DNA of 5,228 nucleotides, taken from assembly GCA_905250035.1 (NCBI GenBank), contig CAJNOE010000001.1, positions 538,772 through 543,999 of the forward strand. The letters run 5' to 3'. The notes under the pieces are model-generated. The model was not told where the DNA came from. It worked only from the letters and a program-made list of their open reading frames with translations, and did not search any database. Origin of the DNA: Adineta steineri (Eukaryota). The translations under genes were made by a program, and so were the position numbers. Positions 1 to 5,228 of the stretch are shown piece after piece (position 1 is the first letter of the stretch; every line of letters starts with the position of its first letter).

Positions 1-157
1 TTACACATAAAAACATCGTTTGTTTGAACGCTTGTCTAGCTGGGTTGTATTTTCCCATAGACATTATTTATGTTATGCATATGAATCACAAAACAAACAA
101 CATCTATGACTCAGATGATGAACGATTTTTTCCAGTTTAGCTAAATCAATAGAAAGT

Positions 158-445
158 ATGAGCAATCACACCCGCGAGCAAAGTGGAAAGAAACTTCCAA
201 CTAGAACAGTATTTAAAAACTGGAAAAGATGCAGAAAAAGCATTCACAATTATTTTCAACATACTATTCACTCAAGACAATCAAGCTTAAATTTTGACAG
301 GTATGTGAATTATAACGTTTTAGTTTTTTTCATGGCTTATCTATTGAATAAAATAAATTATGAGTGGGGACTAAGAGATTACCCACCCTGGTACTTGCCT
401 AATTCCACTTATAATATTAATCAAATGGAAAAGAAAAATTATTAG
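158..445 (+). CDS. Doubtful small ORF (95 aa), hypothetical
   Basis: An ATG-to-TAG ORF from the supplied track. The first half (MSNHTREQSGKKLPTRTVFKNWKRCRK...) is basic and protein-like. The middle (YVNYNVLVFFMAYLLNKINY) looks like translated AT-rich spacer. A donor-like cag|gtatgt lies at 298..306. No recognisable family. Confidence 0.15.
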   Translation: MSNHTREQSGKKLPTRTVFKNWKRCRKSIHNYFQHTIHSRQSSLNFDRYVNYNVLVFFMAYLLNKINYEWGLRDYPPWYLPNSTYNINQMEKKNY

Positions 446-461
446 CGTACTTCATACCTAT

Positions 462-632
462 AAAAGTTATTTTATCGATTTCTCATTGATATAATTGTAA
501 TAAGTAAACATTTTACTATAGGTTAGGAAAAGGAAAAAAGAAAAGTTTTCTTTTATCGATTACTCATTTATATAATTGTGTTAAATGAACACTTTACTGT
601 AGGCTAGAAAAGAAAAACAAGAAAAGGTTTTT
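462..632. repeat. Tandem duplication, 79-81 bp unit, 2 copies plus the start of a third
   Basis: Copy 1 is 462..540 and copy 2 is 541..621, about 80-85% identical by eye. Both contain ttttatcgatt, ataattgt and tttact[ag]tagg, and both end in a purine run (aggaaaaggaaaaaag / agaaaagaaaaacaag). 622..632 (aaaaggttttt) restarts the unit. Confidence 0.85.
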
Positions 633-1244
633 GAATCCATTTATGATTCATAGAAATGTGTATATAAATGATGTAAATTAATAATTACTAGTTTGTTTTA
701 TTATTTCTTTTCAAAATGAGAACAATCTTCTGAATGTTCACTTATATTGTAAGTCGAATTAGACATCTCGTGAACTATGCATTACTGCATTTCTTTGTTT
801 TTAATTTCTTGACTATTGATAAGACACATAAAGATTAATTTCTATATGAGGTACTCCATGACTTACACAATTTTCGAAATCGAAAAAATTAAAAAAGAGA
901 CGAGATAGTGTGAATATGGAATTAGTGAAAAGAATTTTTGGCGTTTGTTTGTTGGAGTAAAAATTTCGTCGAGAAATGTGTCGAGTAGAAACGAGTTAGC
1001 CGATATAGTTAAATCAATAGTATAGTTATACGAAACGATTCTTTCTGAATTTATTGTCGAAAATTCGTTAAAACAGTAAAAGTTTCAACAAATCTTAGCG
1101 ACAAATTCAACATTTAAAAAAACACTAAACAGTTCGATATTTAAACACTATTTTCACCGTTTCGTTGTATGCCTGGGTTGGCAGAAAAAGTACATCATGG
1201 GCATTTGATGACTCATGGGAAAAATAATACTTGATTCCAAGTGG

Positions 1245-1252
1245 TATATAAA
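1245..1252 (+). promoter_or_regulatory. TATA-like box (tatataaa) about 100 nt upstream of the ATG
   Basis: It matches the TATAWAAR consensus at a plausible distance from the start codon. In DNA this AT-rich, such matches also arise by chance. Confidence 0.3.
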
Positions 1253-1352
1253 CATTGACGAAAAGAGATTTATTCATTCACTAAACTATTACCATAGTTT
1301 TATAATTTCTCTCTTTCTTACTTATGCATACCTATCATCTATTTCTTAAGAC

Positions 1353-4070
1353 ATGACATTTCAAAAGTGCCAATATGAAGGTAAAATTGTGGACATACCT
1401 GTTCGATATATAAACAAGAACAGATATTTGTTCTTACAAGACGTTCATGATTATTTTGTTGGTATTCGAAGATTTACATTGAAAGAAGAACCAATACCAT
1501 TCATGGAAAACAACGATACTAGTCTTATTTATCCACAACGAATTCCAGCTTCTACTCAAGATATTATTGATTGTCATACATCGACGTCTGCAGACGAAGC
1601 TGCCTCGCCAAACATTTTAGATACGATTTTAAAGAATACTGAAATTATTAAAGCACAAAATGATGCTATTCAACGTCAAATATTTGAGCAAGATGAATAC
1701 CCCATACCCCGTACTTTCATCGTACTCGCAGAAGAAACATCTTCTTACAATCCTTCAATGTGGTTTTGTCATACATATCGTTTGTGTTTTGTATGTGACT
1801 GCGAAAAAGAGAATGAACGTCATCTTGCTCTGCATGACGGATATAAAATAAACGAACCAAGTGAATTCTTTCGTAAATATGGATCCTATCTTCGTCACAT
1901 ATTAACAACAATGAAACGTGTGGCAAGCATCGGAAGCATTGTTGTTCCACAACTGTCATCAATCAATATGGGATTATCTAATTTTACCGCTCTACAAAAA
2001 AAGGAATTTTGTAATACTATTACTGATAAATTAGAGCGAGCTGATGAGATTTTGACAAAAGCTCAAGAAAGTCTGAATATTTCAACAGAAGCAACGATTC
2101 AAGAAATAGACGGTGCTGAATTACGACAAATTCAAAAGTATTTGGAAAAAGTGGATAATTATAATACGTTAGGAAATTTACATCGTTCTATGACCTCTGA
2201 TGGTCATGTTCGATGGGTGTGTGTTAAACATCGCAATATACCATGTTCAAATGTTAATATTCAGCAATTACGAGAAGATTTCGAAGAATTAGGTGGACAA
2301 ATAACAGAGGATGTTGCTTTGGTGCAGGAGCTACACGAAAATAATTTCGAGAATTTCATCGAACTGTTACATCAAGGATTAACATTCAGTACAATAAGTA
2401 TGAAAAACTCAACATTGACAAAAGATTTATTCTCAAAATTTCTCAATGTCATCTCAATGAAAAATAGGATTGATAAACTCGAACTTGAAAACATTTCCGT
2501 AACAAATAATTTAATAACAATAATAAATATGCCAATACGAGACATAATTTCACAGCTTAATGATACAGTAAAAAGCGATAAAAACCTTATCATTGAATAT
2601 ACATTCACAAAACCATTGGAAAAATTTCAATCAAAATTATTTAATGCTATCAAAGAAACAAATTCACGATTGATATTCAACATTCGATCAGTAGAAGTAA
2701 CATCTTCACTGGAATTAGCTGGAATAAATGAAGCTGGATTTATTCTATCTATAAAAAGTGATGGCGAAACTGATGCAGTTAATTATTTGTCAGCCATTAA
2801 CAGTATTTTTAAAGAATTGAAGATATCGACACTTCATCTACACAATACAATTCGTTCCGAAAATCTTTGGAATAGTATCCGTCAATTGGTTTTTGATAGT
2901 CAAAATCTAGAAGAATTGATTATGGACTGTCCTCCAACATCAAACAAAATTCAGGAATGGATCGTTCCTCTTTGTCAAAAAGAAAGCTTAAAAAGATTAC
3001 ATATAATGAATGGACCAAAACAAGCGAATGTTTGTGAAGAAATTTTTCAAAAGTTGGAAGATAAAAACACTTTGGAAAAATTTTCTCTCGCGTCTTCTAC
3101 TTATCATCTTCAACTTGATTTTATTTCTGCATTATCAGGAACCAGTGATTCAATGTTAACTAGAACTGCTAATTGCTGTACCAATAAAGATAGTGGTATT
3201 ATAATTATTAAGAAGTTTCTTCAAATCATACCAGTTCATCATCTGTCATTAGACTTCGCGGATATCAATTATGAAACATCACTCAAAGAATTATCAGAGA
3301 CTATTAATCAACTATCGTCATTAAAAATTGTTGAACTACAGAGCAAAACTAGCTGTGCAGTTTTTCATCGAGAAAAACGGATTCTCAACAAGGAAAGTAA
3401 CGTACTTGAATCTGAGGTGCCCCGTGCACTTGAATCTGAGTTGCCTCGTGTACAGGATAAGAAACCTTCTTTACGCAAAAAATTAAAAAAGTCTCTATCA
3501 TTTCTTAGTTGTGTTAGTGCTAAAGATTATCGCTCATCTCAGGAAGAAAATAGTGATCTTCCACAGCTGTCCAATGAAAGAGAACATGAAAGAGAAGATG
3601 AAATAGAAGACGAAAGAGAAGATGAAAGAGCAATGTCTGTTGAACCTTTCTCACACATTTCCTCAAATCCACTTTACAAACATATACAAGAAATTGCACT
3701 TAATTTTACACTAAAAAAATTTCAAATTACTGTTAGTCCTAATGTAAGCATAACTCACATTGCTTCAAGTATAGAATCAAATTCGACAGTAACTCATCTA
3801 CAATTTGTTGGACGAATAGAAGAAACCGATATGACAACATTACTTAAAGCTTTTCGTAAGAATACGATAATATCTCATTTATCTTTGAAAGAAGTTGAGC
3901 TTTCACTTCTTAATCTTCGTCAAATCTTCGATATGTCCTATGTTAATCGAACATTACAAGTATTAGAAATTCATCACTGTACATCTGATTCTGACCGAGA
4001 GTTGTTTCAACAAGAAATTAAACAATCACTCTCTGAGAATCGTACTCTAGAAATTTTGTTTGAATATTAA
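1353..4070 (+). CDS. Uncharacterised RNI-type leucine-rich-repeat protein (905 aa), apparently a single exon
   Basis: This is the only long ORF in the window. An in-frame TAA at 1347..1349 lies immediately upstream of the ATG, G is at -3, and the stop is TAA at 4068..4070. Amino-acid composition is protein-like throughout. There is a clear 27-29 aa periodicity with the signature 'N-x-T-[LIV]-x-x-[LF]-x-[LIF]', for example ESNST|VTHLQF, RKNTI|ISHLSL, YVNRT|LQVLEI, SENRT|LEILF, EDKNT|LEKFSL, QKES|LKRLHI. No hydrophobic N-terminus or TM segment and no GxxxxGK[ST] motif. Confidence 0.8.
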   Translation: MTFQKCQYEGKIVDIPVRYINKNRYLFLQDVHDYFVGIRRFTLKEEPIPFMENNDTSLIYPQRIPASTQDIIDCHTSTSADEAASPNILDTILKNTEIIKAQNDAIQRQIFEQDEYPIPRTFIVLAEETSSYNPSMWFCHTYRLCFVCDCEKENERHLALHDGYKINEPSEFFRKYGSYLRHILTTMKRVASIGSIVVPQLSSINMGLSNFTALQKKEFCNTITDKLERADEILTKAQESLNISTEATIQEIDGAELRQIQKYLEKVDNYNTLGNLHRSMTSDGHVRWVCVKHRNIPCSNVNIQQLREDFEELGGQITEDVALVQELHENNFENFIELLHQGLTFSTISMKNSTLTKDLFSKFLNVISMKNRIDKLELENISVTNNLITIINMPIRDIISQLNDTVKSDKNLIIEYTFTKPLEKFQSKLFNAIKETNSRLIFNIRSVEVTSSLELAGINEAGFILSIKSDGETDAVNYLSAINSIFKELKISTLHLHNTIRSENLWNSIRQLVFDSQNLEELIMDCPPTSNKIQEWIVPLCQKESLKRLHIMNGPKQANVCEEIFQKLEDKNTLEKFSLASSTYHLQLDFISALSGTSDSMLTRTANCCTNKDSGIIIIKKFLQIIPVHHLSLDFADINYETSLKELSETINQLSSLKIVELQSKTSCAVFHREKRILNKESNVLESEVPRALESELPRVQDKKPSLRKKLKKSLSFLSCVSAKDYRSSQEENSDLPQLSNEREHEREDEIEDEREDERAMSVEPFSHISSNPLYKHIQEIALNFTLKKFQITVSPNVSITHIASSIESNSTVTHLQFVGRIEETDMTTLLKAFRKNTIISHLSLKEVELSLLNLRQIFDMSYVNRTLQVLEIHHCTSDSDRELFQQEIKQSLSENRTLEILFEY
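1698..1952 (+). other. Cys/His-rich module inside the CDS (aa 116-200), possibly zinc-binding
   Basis: The sequence is YPIPRTFIVL...WFCHTYRLCFVCDCEKENERHLALHDGY...EFFRKYGSYL. It carries C139, H140, C145-x2-C148, C150 and H157-x3-H161, i.e. a C-x2-C-x8-H-x3-H arrangement. The assignment rests on motif spacing only. Confidence 0.35.
2109..2234 (+). other. Second conserved-looking motif block (aa 253-294): DGAELRQIQKYLEKVDNYNTLGNLHRSMTSDGHVRWVCVKHR
   Basis: A non-repetitive, non-low-complexity segment with invariant-looking G, H, W and C positions. I recognise it only loosely from memory as recurring in uncharacterised eukaryotic proteins. Not verified. Confidence 0.3.
2370..3347 (+). other. 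LRR block 1, about 11-12 RNI-type repeats (aa ~340-665)
   Basis: Repeat starts recur about every 27-29 aa: FSTISM(344), IDKLEL(373), LIIEYT(411), LIFNIR(440), ILSIKS(464), ISTLHL(491), LEELIM(519), LKRLHI(546), LEKFSL(574), HHLSLD(629), LKIVEL(657). Confidence 0.65.
3405..3452 (+). repeat. In-frame 24-nt tandem repeat x2 (LESEVPRA / LESELPRV)
   Basis: cttgaatctgaggtgccccgtgca (3405..3428) against cttgaatctgagttgcctcgtgta (3429..3452), matching at 21/24 positions. Confidence 0.9.
3576..3632 (+). repeat. In-frame 12-nt tandem repeat, about 4.7 copies (consensus gaaagagaagat = E-R-E-D)
   Basis: Copies are gaaagagaacat, gaaagagaagat, gaaatagaagac, gaaagagaagat and the partial gaaagagca. They are read in frame as EREHEREDEIEDEREDERA. 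Confidence 0.9.
3693..4067 (+). other. LRR block 2, about 4.5 RNI-type repeats (aa ~781-905), ending at the C-terminus
   Basis: Units are LKKFQITVS...ESNST / VTHLQFVG...RKNTI / ISHLSLKE...YVNRT / LQVLEIHH...SENRT / LEILFEY. Confidence 0.7.
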
Positions 4071-4289
4071 AAGTTTCAACCTCACTAAATACCAGATTTA
4101 ACTTATTTTTCTTATCTTGCTGTGTATTATTTTTATATTTCATTGGAAAAGATTTTTTATGTAATAATATGTTATTTTTATAAACATGAAGAACAAAACG
4201 ATTTATTGTTAAAACAGGTCTATATCATCAATGATCTACATACATATTGTTACATATCGTCCGCGTCATATATGTTTAATGTTATCATT

Positions 4290-4324
4290 TTCTGTTCTGT
4301 TCTGTTCTGTTCTCTTCTCTTCTC
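4290..4324. repeat. Compound pentanucleotide microsatellite (TTCTG)4(TTCTC)3
   Basis: Direct reading gives ttctg x4 at 4290..4309 and ttctc x3 at 4310..4324. Confidence 0.95.
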
Positions 4325-4524
4325 TATGTTCATATATATATGTTCTTTATCAGCTATTCTCCTTTTATGACCTACTTCTTTTAACCTATATTATTATTCT
4401 AGAAGATATAATTATTTTCTTCTCATTATAGTCATTGTTAACAACCAAGAAGAAGAAGCTTCTCGACTTCTTTCTGATTATTTTTCTTTTTTCATTCCCT
4501 GTATAAGTATTCACGATTTTTCGA

Positions 4525-4530
4525 AATAAA
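4525..4530 (+). other. First canonical AATAAA downstream of the 905-aa ORF (candidate poly(A) signal)
   Basis: No AATAAA or ATTAAA occurs on the + strand between the stop at 4070 and 4525. This one would imply a 3' UTR of about 480 nt. Confidence 0.25.
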
Positions 4531-4608
4531 ATCAGCTTATCCTCGACCATTCAATTTACCATACTATTTAACTCATATTAAGAACATGAAACATCATAAA
4601 ACGCGGGT

Positions 4609-4657
4609 CTGAATGTGGGTGTGATTATCTATACTCTCAATCGACACCCACACTCAG
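4609..4657. repeat. Imperfect palindrome/hairpin L with CACCC/GGGTG cores
   Basis: 4609..4622 pairs with 4644..4657 at 13/14 positions. After a one-base bulge at 4643, 4623..4626 pairs with 4639..4642. The loop is 12 nt (4627..4638). Confidence 0.7.
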
Positions 4658-4802
4658 CCTGCAGCCATCTTGGTCTACGCTGACAACGCTTATAAAAATG
4701 TCATTTTGGTTGCATAGCTTATCGAATACTTATATTGCTTCGCAGATCGGCGTGATTTGCGTGTATAAACTTTTAATTTTTCTCCATTTGTCATTCCATC
4801 TT

Positions 4803-4840
4803 GAGGGTGTGGGGCCGATGAATCTAAAATCGACACCCTC
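4803..4840. repeat. Imperfect palindrome/hairpin R, related to L
   Basis: gagggtgt (4803..4810) pairs perfectly with acaccctc (4833..4840). It shares gggtgtg (4805..4811 vs 4617..4623) and the exact 11-mer aatcgacaccc (4828..4838 vs 4639..4649) with hairpin L, in the same order and orientation. Confidence 0.6.
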
Positions 4841-5064
4841 GTCCTTCACAATGTTTCTTCTGTAGAAAATCAATGCATAGTATCATTTGGATCTTGATAT
4901 ATTTCATTTTAGATGATTGGTTTCTCTGCCAGAAAGAACTATGAGTATGCAGTAGAGTAACCTGAGTCCACATGCTGGCAAGTCATACTTGTTTGATGAA
5001 TATAATCACTAAGAAATGATTTAATCTTTTTCTTTTTTTGTAAATATTTTTATTTCATCAAAAA

Positions 5065-5070
5065 TTTATT
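5065..5070 (-). other. Candidate poly(A) signal (AATAAA on the minus strand) for the partial right-edge gene
   Basis: Plus-strand tttatt at 5065..5070, with a second at 5049..5054, lies shortly downstream of the minus-strand stop at 5133. Confidence 0.25.
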
Positions 5071-5132
5071 TTGTTAAAAGAGATTGACAACATTTACACT
5101 GTTTTTGATTTGTCATATTTTATGCATGGTTA

Positions 5133-5228
5133 TTAGGCAATATTTGCTGTAATAGGTTTTTGACCAGTTGGTTGTTGCTGATTTGTCACTGTACGTGGAG
5201 CAACAGCAGTTGGTTTTATTTTCCAACA
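5133..5228 (-). CDS. Possible 3' end of a convergent gene running off the window (C-terminus ...KIKPTAVAPRTVTNQQQPTGQKPITANIA*)
   Basis: The minus-strand frame is open for 31 codons from the window edge to a TAA (plus coordinates 5135..5133). Local GC is higher than in the neighbouring spacer. Minus-strand AATAAA motifs lie 63 and 79 nt downstream of the stop. It is too short to be sure. Confidence 0.3.
   Translation of the reverse strand, partial: CWKIKPTAVAPRTVTNQQQPTGQKPITANIA

Larger units (their letters stand above)
3375..3647 (+). other. Charged low-complexity linker between the LRR blocks (aa ~675-765)
   Basis: It contains LESEVPRA/LESELPRV, the basic patch KKPSLRKKLKKSLS (3459..3500) and the acidic run EREHEREDEIEDEREDER. 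It has no LRR periodicity. Confidence 0.6.

Noticed and set aside
115-121. C-box-like ATGATGA here, and TGATGA at 1206..1211, as possible C/D snoRNA hallmarks
   Set aside because: No CTGA D box lies within about 60-150 nt downstream of either, and there is no terminal stem. Such hexamers are expected by chance in AT-rich DNA.
462-632. Possible CRISPR array or other prokaryotic repeat-spacer structure
   Set aside because: There are only two adjacent copies of a diverged ~80-bp unit with no unique spacers between them, no cas-like genes and no leader. It is a simple tandem duplication.
143-1020. Shared 11-mer taaatcaatag at 142..152 and 1010..1020, and other 10-11-nt AT-rich matches between the flanks (ttttcgaaat at 871..880 and 4517..4526)
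   Set aside because: Matches of this length and composition are expected by chance in 5 kb of AT-rich DNA. There is no extended LTR- or TIR-like similarity bracketing the ORF, so nothing suggests the gene sits in a mobile element.
158-1352. Splicing ORF 158..300 (donor cag|gtatgt at 301) to the acceptor-like AG at 1350, to extend the 905-aa protein N-terminally
   Set aside because: The exon would be 143 nt (phase 2). Joining it to 1351 puts the reading in the 1352 frame, which hits TGA after 8 further codons instead of entering the 1353 frame.
1660-1962. Track ORFs 1660..1851 (+, 63 aa) and 1717..1962 (-, 81 aa)
   Set aside because: Both are fully nested in alternative frames or on the antisense strand of the 905-aa CDS. 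Their translations are hydrophobic or low-complexity junk typical of off-frame readings of AT-rich coding DNA.
2372-2608. Track ORF 2372..2608 (-, 78 aa)
   Set aside because: It is antisense to the LRR-coding part of the main CDS. The I/F/L/S-rich translation is what antisense of N/K/E/I-rich coding sequence gives, and there is no independent signal.
1353-4070. NLR/STAND or other known immune-sensor assignment for the LRR protein
   Set aside because: I see no Walker A/B, TIR, death-fold, kinase or F-box signature in the translation. RNI-type LRRs alone do not establish an immune function.
4071-4140. Rho-independent terminator after the main ORF
   Set aside because: No GC-rich stem followed by a T-run occurs within 70 nt of the stop. 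The region is simply AT-rich and T-rich.
4122-4431. Track ORFs 4122..4370 (82 aa) and 4231..4431 (66 aa)
   Set aside because: They overlap each other and read through the T-rich 3' flank and the TTCTG/TTCTC microsatellite, giving FCSVLFCSLLFS-type sequence. They are compositional artefacts.
4454-4463. Perfect 10-bp palindrome agaagcttct within aagaagaagaagcttctcgacttctttct
   Set aside because: It is short, arises from juxtaposed GAA and TTC low-complexity runs, and does not extend beyond 10 bp. No functional inference is warranted.
4660-4760. tRNA-, 5S- or spliced-leader-like appearance (gcagccatcttggtctacgc; gcttatcgaatacttat)
   Set aside because: On either strand there is no T-loop (GTTCRANYC), no acceptor-stem complementarity and no cloverleaf. 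No GT donor follows the leader-like stretch, and there is no convincing Sm site.
4698-4865. Unlisted 55-codon ORF (MSFWLHSLSNTYIASQIGVICVYKLL...) starting right after TATAAAA in the GC-richer island
   Set aside because: This length is within chance expectation for this window, since non-coding ORFs of 60-95 aa already occur. It has no recognisable motif and spans the palindromes. I keep it only as a remote alternative under the island finding.
4741-4900. U6 snRNA-like fragments on the minus strand (agattcatcggcccc, caagatggaatgaca, acacgcaaat)
   Set aside because: The invariant U6 ACAGAGA box is absent (the sequence reads acagaagaaa). The AGC triad and 5' stem-loop are also missing, and the spacing between fragments is wrong. 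U6 is too conserved for this to be a functional copy. At most it is a decayed relic or coincidence.

Overview
AT-rich window (about 30% GC by eye) that reads as eukaryotic nuclear DNA, not a prokaryotic accessory locus. One long uninterrupted ORF (1353..4070, +, 905 aa) sits between non-coding flanks of more than 1 kb. The flanks carry a TATA-like box, AATAAA signals, a compound pentanucleotide microsatellite and an ~80-bp tandem duplication. I see no Shine-Dalgarno site, operon packing, intrinsic terminator, CRISPR array, tRNA/rRNA gene or recognisable transposase or integrase. The ORF encodes a cytosolic-looking protein. It has an unassigned N-terminal region, a Cys/His-studded module, then two blocks of ribonuclease-inhibitor (RNI)-type leucine-rich repeats separated by a charged low-complexity linker built from in-frame tandem repeats. 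It has no P-loop, so it is not a classical NLR/STAND protein. A short open frame running off the right edge on the minus strand (5133..5228) looks like the 3' end of a convergent gene. Arg codons are often CGN and CpG is frequent despite the AT richness. This makes me guess an AT-rich invertebrate such as a rotifer, or a similar eukaryote, but that guess is weak. I cannot support a novel multi-gene system here. The items most worth a second look are the domain architecture of the 905-aa protein, a GC-richer intergenic island with two related CACCC-box palindromes (4609..4840), and a CpG/'CGA' cluster upstream of the gene (875..1164).
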